The notes: generated by a model not told the origin, from the letters alone. A stretch of DNA of 64,000 nucleotides from Amphiscolops sp. MND2022 (GCA_964187785.1 OZ076412.1:72478001-72542000), one strand, 5' to 3'; counted from the first letter of the stretch, positions 24,704-37,579 are shown. Made by a program: numbers and translations.

Positions 24704-25288
24704 ATGGTTTATCTACTAGGAGCAAGTTCACTCTATCGAGCCTTTAATTCTTCACCTTACTCTCTCAGATCTACAATTTATAAAAAAATCTACAGCCATC
24801 CCTGGATTATCCCTGAACCCAATTTCAAATAATAGACTTAAAGATCTTGGTTTCTTACTGGAAAGAGGCCAGTTGAGAGATAGAAGCGATCTTGTTTGTT
24901 GGCACGACGTTATTAATAACAGTATTACCGAACATAAATCAAACGGAAAAAAGCCCTCACTGTTGAACAGCTTTTGCAGATCCTGCAAAAACATTTCCAT
25001 AAAATTGCTGCTATCATCTACTGCCAGAGATTCAGCACTCCCAACATTCTCGAAGTACTGCGAACGCTAAACATCCTTATCATCGACGTCAAGAAAAAAC
25101 TTCTGTCCAAGCGCAAGCAGAAAACACCAAAACTTACCTCTGAACTACAAAAAGTTCACACATGGCCCGAAATGGAGCGCAACTTTATCACCACTATCCT
25201 CAAGAAATCCACAGATCTCTACAGCCTAGTTCTACAGAAACGATCCAAAACAAGAAAGAGAAAACCCAGAAAAAAGAAGAAAGCCTAG
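24704..25288 (+). pseudogene. LINE upstream ORF0, SGNH-hydrolase-like with basic C-terminal tail
   Basis: Reconstructed across two frameshifts in A-runs (~24785, ~24950): MVYLLGASSL..AIPGLSL..WHDVINNSI..LQKVH..RKRKPRKKKKA. Confidence 0.45.
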
Positions 25289-25387
25289 TTGAAAAGTTAG
25301 AACTTCTTCCTTAATTCTCACTTAAGAGTACGGCAACAGCTTTTGAGGTTTAGTTACCTTGGAGCAGTCGTCGTGCAATTAGGTAAG

Positions 25388-26716
25388 ATGCCAATCAAAA
25401 ACAAAAAAGACCGCACAGTATCAGCAGCAGATCAAAACCCGGACGACTGCGGAACTTGTAACAATGCAGTTCTATCTGGAACAAGTGCCATCGAATGTGC
25501 TTCTTGCGTACGCTGGTTTCATCAGAAATGCACCGACCTCGCTGAAGAAACTATTAAAGCGATAGATAGTTACAAATCGATTCAGTGGTTCTGTAATGAT
25601 TGCCTGCACTCCGTTAGAAAATTTCTACGGCCTAAAGGACTGGAAGCAATGGACCAAAACCTGGATACACTCATTAAGTCAAACCGACAACACCAAAAAT
25701 TTCACTGGAACAATAACAAAAGTTGACAACGCAGCAATTGTTACCACTGTTTCAACAGAGAGTATCACGAAACTTCCCAATGACCTGTCTGCATTATTAC
25801 CAGCAATAAACAAAGTTGCACACGGACTTGCACCCAAAATTAGCTCTGTCAAAGACGCTGTTGAGAAAATGTCGTCAACGTATGCCACAGCCACAAATAA
25901 AGGAGCAGCAATACAAACAGAAACGTGCACCATAACAACCAAACCCAGAGATGTCAACGGAGTTCTCATTATCGAGAATGCAGATCCTACCTTCAGAAAC
26001 AGCTCTGATATAAAAAGAAGCTTCTCCAAAGCCTTCCCCTAAAAGAGACTACTATATGCCTTCAGAACCACCAGAGGGCATATCCACCTGGAATTTGAAA
26101 CACACGATGAATCCAAAGAGATTGAAGATGCATGGCGGTCAAACTTCTGGGGTAAGGACACGGTCTGTCGCAGGCCAAGAACGCTTCAGAAAAACTTCTC
26201 AGTCATAATAAAAGATGCCCCGAAAGAAGACGATTTTACAGACACAAACATAACTTCTTCACTACAAGCAAACTTCCCTGAAGTAAAAGCCAGAAGATTC
26301 ATTAAGAAGACAGCACCATTCTGAACACAGTGGAAATAGACTTCAGGAGCCATAAAGACATGGAAGCCGCACTTAGAGACGGTCTGTTTCTAAATGATGA
26401 GTTCTTTCTTGCATATGAATTTAAAGAAGAAGTGAAAATCCCAATTGTCCGATGTTATAACTGCCAGAATTTTGGACACATAGCTAAAACTTGCAGAAGC
26501 CCCCCAAAATTCTCTAACTGGTCTGGACCACACAGCTCAAGTGAGTGCGACAACACGAAAGATAGAAAATGTGCGAATTGTCAATCAAATCACTATGCTA
26601 ATGACCCCAACTGTGAAGCATATCTGAATCATGCATCAAAAGTGTACAATCAAAGAAACATTCCGATACCAAACTACCTTCAAGACAAATTAGACTCGCT
26701 CAAGTGGAATGGCTAA
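25388..26716 (+). pseudogene. LINE ORF1 with PHD finger and CCHC zinc knuckles
   Basis: PHD pattern CGTC..IECASCVRWFHQKC..WFCNDC; later RCYNCQNFGHIAKTC and KCANCQSNHYANDPNC; frameshifts or stops near 25700, 26040 and 26320. Confidence 0.85.
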
Positions 26717-29700
26717 CAAAAGTTACGCTAACATCCTGCAGCTTAACGTAACCGGCATGTCATCTGCCAAACAAGTACTTCTAAACAAATACATAGACGA
26801 CGCCGGGGCAGATTTCATTGCACTGAATGAAACAAAAAAGGAATTACTTGAAGATTTTTTCATTAACCATCGAACTTTCTCACAACAACAAACACACAAT
26901 CAAGAAGGAGTCTCTCTCTCACTACCAAAAGAAACAAGCTGCTTTGAGATACACGATCTCCAGAGTAAGAATTTCGACTCCGTCTGGTGCGCAGTAAATT
27001 TTCACAACCTGTCTTTTCTGCTCGCAACTGCTTACATCCCTCCCATCGCAGACACCAAAATGAAAGAATTCCTCAGCATTCTTGACAAAGCGAGATCCTA
27101 CGCAAAATTGAATAACACGAAAGGGGTTCTTTTTGTTGGGGATCTGAACGCCAGGAACCTACTGTGGGGAGACATCCGAAACAACTCCAGTGGTTCATTT
27201 CTGGAACAGTACATCGAGGAGGAGAGTGTTGAAATCCTGAATGATGGGCAACCAACGTTTTACTCAATCAACGGAAGTTCAGTAATCGATCTATTCATGA
27301 CAACGGAAGAACTTTGCGGATGGAAAACAACAATGTACACGGATCTCGACACTGGACTTCTCACTGGCTATCCGAACAGGGGACATTTCCCAGTGTTTGC
27401 TAAATGGGAACTCAACTACTCATCACAGGACGGAAAAGTCACCAAAAATTGATCTCGAAAATACTGACTGGCAAAATTGGCAGAGTATATTGGAAGAGAA
27501 AATGAACAGCTTTACGGACCCAAACAACCTGTTGTACAAAGACCCGAACGTCGCTTGGCGGAAAATGAGATACATTCTTGAAGAAGTGAATTAGTTATGT
27601 CTCAATACAAAAGTCATCAGTTAGCACAGCAAGCCATTTTGGACAGATGTCCTGAAACAGCTTAGCGACGAGGTCAGAGCACTCAACAAGACCTTCAAAA
27701 GAACTTCGACACTGCAAAATCATGCCGCATTAACATCAGCTAGACTTCGATCCAAACAAGAACTCAGCACAGCGGCATCTAACTGGACTTCTTCCAAACT
27801 CAAAAAAAACAATGCAAAACATGGTAATTCATTTTGGTGAAACATTCAGAAGGTATTCCCAAACAAAAAAGACCAGATGGTAGCCCCTTTGAGATCACAA
27901 TCCGGACTGTGATTCGATGAGCCAGATAAAGCAAAATTACTGCTCAACACGTTTTTAGCGGTAGCCATCTGAAAGAAGAAGAATTTGACGGAGAGTTTGA
28001 AAACCTTGTGGATGAGCAAATGCGATATATTGATTTTTTAGAATTTACAGACAGTAATGCGTACTCCAGCTTATGGTTCAATGAAGTTGTTGAAAGACAT
28101 GAACACGACGAGATCATTGAAAAACTACGAAACCTGAAATGTAACAGCGACGATAACAACATCCACCCGAAGATGGTCATCATGTCTGGAAATAATTTCA
28201 GAACCTGCCTAATCAACCTCTTCAACTCTTGTCTCAGATCTGGAGCCTGGCCTTGGACAGACACTCGCGTTTTATTCATTAAGAAACCCATGAAAGCTGA
28301 CTACAGCGAACCATCTACCTACAGGCCAATTTCAATCAGCAGCCATAAAGGAAAATTCTTCGAAAAAATAATCAACCGACGTCTAATGCGCTACTACTCT
28401 CTGAAACACTTATTGATATTGAACAAGAAGGATTTCTCCCAAAGAAGAACACTGTCAGATCACTCTTCAGACTGAAACTCGAATGCGACCTCCTCAAGAA
28501 GAGCAAACTATGTGCACCTCTCATAAATGTAGACTTAGAGAAGGCTTTCGATAGCGTGTGGCACAATGGCCTGCTGCTGAAGCTATGGACAGCAGGAAAA
28601 CGAGGATCACTCTTTAATCTCCTTCGGAATTTTCTCAAATGCCGACTGATACGAACAAAACTGGATGGAGTGTTAAGCTCGCCCATTAAGCCAAAACAGG
28701 GAGTTCCGCAAGGAAGCGTACTCTCACCATTGCTTTTCATATTTTTCATCGCAGAATTGTTGAAGAATACTAATGGGACTAAATTCAAATATGCGGACGA
28801 TTCTCAGATCCTTGTGTCTGCAGAAACACAAGCCTCCCTCTGCGAAAAAATTCAGAAAAACCTCAATTCGGTGAAAACATGGTGCAACACATGGCGAACT
28901 AAAATAAACGGATTGAAAACCGAGATAGTGCCCATTCACCCACTGGATTTCTGAGACCAAAAGTTTCATCTGAAAGATCAAAGAAATGTGAAGTCAAATA
29001 CCAAACGAAAATTCTCGTTTTGATCGTAGACAACGAATGTTCATTTAAACAACACACAGATTCAACAACAGTACGTTGCTGAACAAGTGGAGAGAACTGA
29101 GATATCATTGCCCAGGCAAATAGGATCTATCGAGACACACCCTCACAGTTATGTACAAAACCTTGATCCTACCGGCCTTACTATACTGCACACCTGTATG
29201 GGCGAGTCAAAACATCACTAAATTACCTAAATTTCAACATACGATTACCCGCAATATAATGGAAATCAGATACAATGCAAACTCGGCAGCAGCTGAAGTT
29301 CTTTTGGGTATTCCACCCATAGACATACTGTGCCAAAACATATCATCGAAATTTTCAACTAAAGTCCTACAAAGTAATGATCATATGACAAATCAAATAA
29401 TAGAAAATGAGTCAGATTTAGCGTTTCTTATGGGCCATAGAAATACGTTGAGACAATTTTACGGCAGAAAGACATTAAACCAACGCGACAAGTTAAGCTA
29501 CGATGAAAAAACGAGTAGAAATCACATTCCTAGGCAATGGAATTCTAGATGGCAATATCCGGACTTCGATACAAATCTCAAACATCTTGTCCCTCTATTA
29601 GAAAACGACCCCGTTTTGACCAAGATATCCACAACCAAAGAGCTCATGAGGCATGTCAAAGAAGTACTCCTGGACATCAACCCCTCACTGAAAAAATTTG

Positions 29701-29891
29701 CCTACAACAGAAGCCTAACAGCCAGTCCTCTATGCTCATGTAAAAGAACCGAAGAAACTGCAATTCACTTTTTATTCAGTTGCAAAATATGGGAACCGGG
29801 AAATCTTCCGACCGAGAACTTCAATCTCTATGACATGACATACTGCGCGAAGCTTGTAGAATTCATCAGAAACTGCGGAAGATTTGAATAA
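26709..29891 (+). pseudogene. LINE ORF2: APE endonuclease + reverse transcriptase + C-terminal CCHC
   Basis: LQLNV, LNETK, GDLNA, TF..SVIDL (APE); YRPISISS, GVPQGSVLSP, KYADD (RT); CSCKRTEETAIHFLFSC. Several stops and frameshifts; no RNase H recognised. Confidence 0.9.
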
Positions 29892-29941
29892 CTAACAAAC
29901 ACGATATAAATCAGCGGTATTATTCACCCATAAATGGTTTT

Positions 29942-30141
29942 NNNNNNNNNNNNNNNNNNNNNNNNNNNNNNNNNNNNNNNNNNNNNNNNNNNNNNNNNNN
30001 NNNNNNNNNNNNNNNNNNNNNNNNNNNNNNNNNNNNNNNNNNNNNNNNNNNNNNNNNNNNNNNNNNNNNNNNNNNNNNNNNNNNNNNNNNNNNNNNNNNN
30101 NNNNNNNNNNNNNNNNNNNNNNNNNNNNNNNNNNNNNNNNN
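29942..30141. other. Assembly gap (200 N)
   Basis: Run of N; the round length suggests a scaffolding gap of unknown true size. Confidence 0.99.
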
Positions 30142-30305
30142 GACAGGTACCTGTCGCGGTGCTATATATACCCGATGCTGAACCACTTCTATCATCAATT
30201 GCAATTGTAAATACATAAACCAAGTCTGATCATAACTAATCAATCTCAATTCAGTTCTTCTATCCTACCCAACCTGTTTTAAAAGTTTCTTCAAAAGCAC
30301 CTCTG

Positions 30306-32849
30306 TCACTGACAGTTCCCAAAACACAGGCCGCATTGTCGATTTGAAGATTCATTAGGATCCGTTGCTACAAAATACGGATACGAGACAATTTGCAAAT
30401 TGGAAAGATCTGGTTTTTCACCAAAGAACATTTCGAAGGGCGTTTTACTTTTAAGTAAACTAACTATGAGGCAACGGTTTGAAATGTAAAAAGCAGTCTC
30501 TAAGGCCCGAACCCAAAAACTGAGTTTGGCTGTTTCTAGCATGCAGCGAGCCATTTCGACTGTAGTTCGCCAGCGACGTTCACTCACACCATTTTGATGC
30601 AGCGAACAATGGGCAGCATGCTCACGTTTGATTCGGTTTGATATACAAAAACTTCGAAAGGACTTGGAAATGTACTCTTTCCCATTATCAGAACGGATTG
30701 CTCTGGGTGTTCCCACTTGCGCAGAAAAAATCTTGAATTTATCTTGGCACTCCTCCTACGATTTGAGGAAATATACCGGGGAGTACCTGCTGTAGCTATC
30801 CGTAAAAGAAACACCGTAGCGATTGCCACCAAGCGAAGTATTTGGCGTCGGTCCCAAAATGTCAGTGAAAACCAGATCAAGTAGCGAAAATTTTCTTTTT
30901 TCCATTTTTCGCGATACTGGTTGCCGTCGTGACTTAGAAATCTTGCAAACTTCACAACAACAAAGTTTATCAAAAGCACTGTGTTTCAAGCTCATTCCCG
31001 AAACAAGACGAGCCAAACGTTTCACATTTTGAAAATGTTGTGACCAAGGCGATGATGCCACAGCACCGCTTCTTCGTTCTCGACGGAAAGAGATCAAAGA
31101 TCAAACGTCTTTCCTTTCAAAACGTAAAGATTAGCGTGCTCTTCAAAAAGAATAGTCGCTCTTCCATTGACGAAAATGCTCAGAGATTGTCCGAAGTTCT
31201 TTTGAGCCCCGTTTTAACTCCAATTGCTAACGCTGAACAAATTATGAGAATGATCAGGAAGAAAAAGACAGTCGGAAAACGTCACACAACGTTCGATCCC
31301 TTCTTTGTCCAAAAGGAGAAGAGAAAGTTTTCCAACACCCTCAACTTGCGAAAAAGTCCCATTCGCCTTTTTTACTTTGCGTTGTTTTTCTTCGCTAAAG
31401 TCGAAGAACAGAGAACAGTCAAAAACATGCGAGACAGCACCAGAGTCGATGACCGAGGTGTGTTCCTTCACTTCGCATTTTTGGCTAGTAAGTGCAGTCT
31501 CACTACCATCGCAAAATACAACTAAGTCCTCAGCTAGGTTTGACTTTCCTGTCTCAGCACTTGACTTAGGGTTCAAAAGAGGGTTTTTTGTGAAACATTT
31601 GTACTCTTCATGGCCAAAACGCCTGCAAAAGTTGCACTGGGATACTCTATAAGTGGCTTGTTTATGTCCATTTTTATCGCAACGCCTACATTTACCAGTG
31701 AACTTTTCAGGTTTACGCACGGAACTTTTTGCAACAGTTTCTTTGGATAACAATACAACATTTTCATCGCTAGCTGTCGCAGTTTGTAGGTTACGAGAAC
31801 TTTCGAAAGTTTTTAAATGCTTTCTTTACTTCCGCAGAAGACTCCTTATCTTTCAAAAAACCGTGCACAGTTTTGAAATAGTCATATTCGGAAGGCAAAC
31901 CCTTAAGAACTATCGAAGTTAACATGTTTTCAGAAACTCTCTCACCAGCGAGCTCCAACTGCTAACTCACATACTCCGCTCGAGTGAGGTAGTCAACCAT
32001 GCTCTCCGTGGGCTCAAACCGCAGGGTTGTGAAGTTCCCCAATAGGTCCATCAACCTCGGTGTTTCAGTGCTGTTGATGTGGTCCCGCAGTAGTTGCCAT
32101 GCCTTCGGACCATCACTTTTGCAGTCATTCGTCAGCATCAAGATACTGCGGCTGTCGAGACACTGTACCAAGTACGCCCAAATTTTGTACTTCTTGTCAT
32201 TCGTGCCAGCATCTGTAACATTCAGCACGTTCAGCAGCTTCTTCGTGAAACAGAACCCCTCGAATCGCTCCTGTCACATAGCGAAGTCTTCTTTCATGCC
32301 AGAGAACTGGAGATACTGCAAAGGTCGATCCATCCCTCACAAACTCCAACAAAGGCCCGAAACAGGCGGAAAGAAGTAACTGAAATGAAAATGGGGGCAG
32401 CAAAACAAGAATTCCCATGAAGATAAGTTAAAAAGTTAACGGAAGCGAAACAGCGGTAACAGACGGCATAAATAGCAAAAATTCTGTATATCCGAGACGC
32501 AAAAAGCAAAAAATGGACAGCGAAAAATAAGATCAGACGAGAATGGTGAGAATAAGGTGAAAAAGGACTTTTTTCAAAAAAAAACAAACGAACTAACCAA
32601 ATTGCTGGGTCCAAAACTTTTTAGGGCCTGAGCTCCTTCTGGTTGTAGCTGGGTTGTCGGATTGATGAAGATTGGTTATTGGTAATACTTTATTTTGAGA
32701 TGTATGTTGAGAAAGAGATTCAGTCAAGTGAAGATAAAAATATCAGGTACATGTTTACAAACAACAATATTAAATTAAATTAGTTCAGTCTGGTATAGTC
32801 TGAGTTGGTTGACCTTTAATGGTCCTTTGATCTTCATTGGTCTCTAACA
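30306..32849 (-). mobile_element. Ty1/Copia LTR retrotransposon, 3'-truncated (LTR, gag, protease, integrase; no RT seen)
   Basis: gag (KIWAYLVQCLD..DGPKAWQLL); CCHC knuckles; protease VIDSGAVSHV; integrase LVFTDILGP, TDSYSRY, IRSDNGKEY, QNGVSER. Many frameshifts. Confidence 0.92.
32619..32849 (-). repeat. Putative 5' LTR of the Copia element
   Basis: Minus strand starts TGTTAG, contains AATAAA, ends CTAAAA (degenerate CTAACA), followed by AGTTTTGGACCCAG resembling the Copia post-LTR GGTTATGGGCCCAG. Confidence 0.55.
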
Positions 32850-33104
32850 GTCTATCAATTCATGGGGTGACACAAATCGGGTCGGAAACTTTCGGTCGAA
32901 ATTCAAGCGATAAGCTGGTGTCAAAATAACGCTTTTATTGTGAAACAAGCAATTGATTATAAAACGTTTTTTACCCTAAACAACAATTCTAAACTAACAA
33001 GGAAACGACTCTATGAGCGTTGAAACCTGTAAACCAAGTTCCTATACTCCTACGAGCTTCCATACTATTTAAATGATCTTTTAAATGTTTTATTTAAAAA
33101 ATCT

Positions 33105-33993
33105 TTACACCCCAAACGATTTTTCTATACTAGCAATGTAACGACTCCAAGAGCGTAAATTCCTTTCAATGATTTTTCCATACAAACAACGACGGTAATA
33201 TTTTGTTTCATATTCATTCCAAACAACAGAGAAGTATTTAAAGACAAAACGAACCCCGGAAAAAAGTTTCGAGAACAGTTTACTGCAGTACAAAATGAAC
33301 TACAGACAGTTTTTCTCCAGATCTGCAGCTAAATAATGTCGAATCATCTGAATGTATGTCTTGACCGGGTAAACACCGCTGATTACTACAATAAGACATT
33401 TTATTAACGATACAGCAAACGTTTTTTTGATAATAAACCTCATCGACTTGAGGAATCTGTCTGTCTGACTAAAAAAGCCAGCCTTCCTGTCCCACAGTTT
33501 GCCCAATACTGTGTCCCAAGACTAATGACACCCTTTTTCGTCTACGGGAATGGATCTCTGGAATGCCACATCTTTATTGTTTTCAATTCCCAGGGTTGTT
33601 GTGGAAGAGTCATCTGCAACACATAAGATCCCTGCACAGCCAGACCGCGACAACAGGGCGATTCCAACAGCATTTTTCACGACTGCAAACAATGAGCACA
33701 CCTTCCCAATAGGGTGTTCGACGTTCCCATTTAAATTTTCATGAGTTGTATTGCTTAGGAAATTCTCTTCTTGGAACACAACTTTTGTCGACAGCATTTT
33801 AATCGAAATGTCCTCGCATTGCTCCGAAACCATTGTCACGAGAACAAGATTGTTCTTTCCTCCATACCAGCTTTAGGCTGCGAATGATGATTGATTTGCC
33901 ACAGTGGTCCAGGACTTTGCCACTTTCATGCAAAATTCCATTCACACATGGAAATAAGATGAGCGGAACTTCGTCAGTAGTTTTCTTAAACAA
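33105..33993 (-). pseudogene. Unassigned decayed coding sequence
   Basis: Successive minus-strand ORFs (33799-33993, 33522-33839, 33300-33506, 33105-33293), the last three in one frame separated by stops. No family recognised. Confidence 0.3.
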
Positions 33994-34231
33994 ATTCTAG
34001 TAATTACTTTCTTTAAACCGGTAACATTAAAATTTCTATGTTAACGTCGTACCCCAGGAATCTCTTGTTCTGAAAAAGTCAGTATCTAGTTTTACACTAT
34101 TTCTATACGTCTTTTTATAGTAACCACGTAGCGACTCCACGAGCTTCTAGAAAAAAAACAAAATGTTGCTATGTTTTGATTAAAAATCAAATATTTGACA
34201 TCAGTTTTTCAATATTTCAGACTTACAGGTA

Positions 34232-34819
34232 TCATGGAGAACATATCGACCGGCTTTTTCTTCTCGCATGCCGCGACTTTTGTCTGCTTTTTTGGCTGAT
34301 TGATCTGATTACTTTCAGCATCACTTTCGTCTGAGGCGCAACCAATTTCCGCAGGTCATAGTTTCTTCTTCGGAGTGTTCTAAAACTACTTATCAGTTTA
34401 GCGAACTCAATCGATTCCACTCATTTTCTGTATTCGTTTTCCTCAAGTACTTCCATTTCTTGAGGTACCGTGTCATTGATGAAGACGAACCCTTTTCGGA
34501 CAGAATCAGCTTGGGGAAACTTTATTGTGTCACCACGGGATTGGAATTTGGCTGCATAATCCAGCTGAAGTTTGTTATCGCGTCTTCTTTTACAGGGTGA
34601 AGTTTGGGAGATGACTTTTGTTTTCCTGATATTTCACTTCTGCGGTGTATTCCGGACAGTGTTGGCGATGTTTATTGTCGATTTGTTCTTTCCAAATTCT
34701 ATCCAGCGAACAACTACTTCCCTCTTCCCATTAAATCTGTTTACTTCAGCTTGCCACCAGATAAAACATTCGTCTATAGCATCGACAACTTCATTCAACT
34801 TGAACTGTTTCCACAACAT
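34232..34819 (-). pseudogene. Tudor/MBT (Royal family)-like domain protein, two in-frame stops
   Basis: One frame reads FKLNEVVDAIDECFIWWQAEV..EVVVRWIEF..K*NIRK..SRGDTIKF..GFVFINDT..RK*VES, matching the Royal-family beta-barrel pattern by eye. Confidence 0.5.
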
Positions 34820-35314
34820 TGTGAAAATTCAACTCTGATTTGTAATGGAGGATACTGGTTTGTTAATAGTGGATACTAGACAAATTCGAAGTCAAGTGAT
34901 AAACATTCAGGTGTTTGAACTACTAGTTGTAAACCTTGTGTCTTACACAGAAAGCAAAATTGAGTCTCACAGTCGAAGTGAACTCGATGATAACCTCAAA
35001 CATAACAATAAGGTGTCAATGTGGGACTCAAATTTAACACGCATTCCTAACTAAAAATATTTGAATACTCGTTAATATCAGTGTCTGCCAGGTAAAAGGG
35101 TGTCAATGAAAAAATTGCTCGCTAAAACACGCTACTTTCAAGCCCATTTTGTCCTCACTTTTATATAACTGAGCAACTTTGCAAATCGAACAAAATAGAG
35201 CTTTGGAACGAGAATTCAATAGTAACATTCTGGTCATTCAATACCATTGATTATCCCCTTTTAGATAAAATTTCCTTAGCCAATGAAACTAACAAATATC
35301 AAGAAGCTTCAAAA

Positions 35315-37479
35315 TTGACAAATCATGTCAATTGTGGAACCTCGTTGAATCCCGAAGATCTGATCATTAAATGGAAAAAAGATAGCCAGAAAAAACACTC
35401 GCTTCATATCGAGGCACATACAATGAAACTGATGGTTCTGAGGGGTGTGCGAAACATCCCATGGACAAATGCTCAAAGGGAACTCATCATTGAACTGCTG
35501 GGCCTAGATTTGTATCCGACTTGCAACCAAGAGGTGAAATCAACACCACTAAAAGACGTGGTACACAGAACAGTTGGCACACAAACCCGAGCAGATGAGT
35601 CACTTGACCCGGAAACAAACAGTCAACTACATACACAGCTCCGCGAGTAAAGAGAGCTGTGGGATTTCGGAAAAGCCATTTACTCATTAGAAGTATGTTC
35701 TGCTTCCCGCAAAAAGAAACAACGTTGAGTTCGACTCTCTAACGTACGTCGTTCTTCAGTATTCCAAAAGCAAAACAACCAGAGTACCTAAAGTCTGTTA
35801 TTAGAAAACTATTTCCAAACTTACAATTGCGAGAAGCAATAATTTTCAATATTGCAATTTCCCCCAAATCAGGCGAAGCAAAAGATTTGTTGTTCACCAT
35901 CTCTTCGAATTTGAAAATCAATAAAAAAAGGAAAACTCCGAAACATCTTGCCATAATAACGTTCAGTCCAGACATACCAGAGTCAGATCATGGAAAACTT
36001 CATTTCGGTGTGTGAGCCTGAAGCCACCTCTAGTAGTTTTTCTTGAAGCATCCACGAAAACATGTGATGAAATTAGTTTTAATTCATGGACCACTGCCTT
36101 CACTATAATTTTTCACATGTCTTATCATTCAAGCATAGATTCATCACAGCATGCATAGTAATTTGTCCTTCGATTCTACGGCTTAATTCTACGTATGATT
36201 TGAAATCATTTCAATGTATATTTATAAGTCAAATAAACTTATTGCTTCTAGACAGAATTCAGAACGATCCCTTGAGCACTTCGTAACGACATTTCTGTAA
36301 TGTAATACTATCTAATTCAATACTAGCAGTTCGTGGAAAAGATAGCCTATTCGATCTGGAGCAAAATAAGGGGGCAGAGACAGCTGGAAAACAGGAGACG
36401 GTTTTGCTGTACATGCAAACAAAAGAGTTGAGCACAAAAGGGGCGGTGGTTACATGTTCCGGCGACAACCCTTTTCTGTGCCGTCTCATATTGGCTATAG
36501 ACAGCGATGCATCGAACTTGTACTCGTCTCATTTGGCTTTATAAGAGGGATCCAAAAGGTTTTTGCCTACAGATGTGGATAAAAATACTGGATTGCGCCA
36601 CGATCACAACGCGCTCTTCAGAAAAAAGTTCCACAAACCTCACTCGTGTATCTTGAGGATATAAGATGTGTCGTGCCAGATGTTACGCACATGATCACAA
36701 GGCAGCACAGAAAATAGTAAACGAGAAACCGATATACAAAGTGGCACTACAGCAGTTGGAAGAAATCTGCACTCGGAGGGCGATGAAAAAACAGAAATTC
36801 GAGTTTGACCTGCAAGTGAAAGGCTCTGATTTGAGAAGAGGGGCTGTTGAACCTGTATCAAAATCCGGAACATCAACGCCAGTTGCTATAGCTGAAAATG
36901 ATGAATTTGAACAAGATGTTCCGAACCTTTTTGAGAACGCGTGGGGAAAGGAAGTTCTTTTTGAGAACCGAGGCTGCAACACAAACAAAGAAATGGCACG
37001 TGCCGCCACCAACGCTTTTGCAGTTCTCAAATCAATGCACCCGCATCTAAAGAAGTCTGACAATTTTACAACAAACGATTGCGGGAATCTTTTGCACGGA
37101 AGTCTAATCAAACGCATCATTCTTTTGCGGTCATCCAAATACGGACTGGACGTGGATCAATTTTAATTTTGGTCTGAGGCATAGTATCAGTCAAGTCATC
37201 GCTGCTGCTTTTTTCCGGAAACGAAAGTCGGACCCCCTATAAAAATTGCTGAAACCTAAAATAAAGCACGCAGGCTTTGTTCATAGTCCCTTGCATCACA
37301 TGTGTGAAGCCATGGAAAAATCAAACCATCATGCGCACAAGGATTTTCAAACAAAAACGATGCGAGGCGTACGAAAACTGTATAACACTGATCCTTCAAT
37401 TCACGAAGGTTTTTTTGTACTTCCCTTACCTCGACATAGTTTAGAAACACAAGAAAATAGCAGTGAGCGATTTATTTAA
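35315..37479 (+). pseudogene. RAG1/Transib-like DDE transposase, decayed and probably spliced
   Basis: SGDNPFL (D at 36464), VVPDVTHMITR (36679-36690), TPYK (37232), HMCEAMEKSNH (E at 37315), in the order seen in RAG1/Transib (GxD..DxLH..TxY..SExxExxNK). Frameshifts between blocks; the 5' part (35315-36015) is less certain. Confidence 0.6.
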
Positions 37480-37579
37480 CCATCTTCGGAAACAATACGA
37501 TACAACAACACCTTTTTTCGTTATCTGCAAAAAGTTGTCAGGCCTGCGATTATAGATAAAGGTGCCACTAGAGATTCAA

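Larger units (their letters stand above)
24400..29941 (+). mobile_element. Near-full-length non-LTR retrotransposon (Jockey/I-like; ORF0 + ORF1 + ORF2), inactivated
   Basis: See the ORF0, ORF1 and ORF2 features. The 5' boundary is approximate and the 3' end runs into the gap. Confidence 0.85.

Noticed and set aside
29920-30249. ORFs spanning the N-run
   Set aside because: Artefacts of translating N.
32871-32890. CACAAAT.. as the left TIR of the Transib-like block
   Set aside because: I could not find a matching inverted copy to the right of the block.
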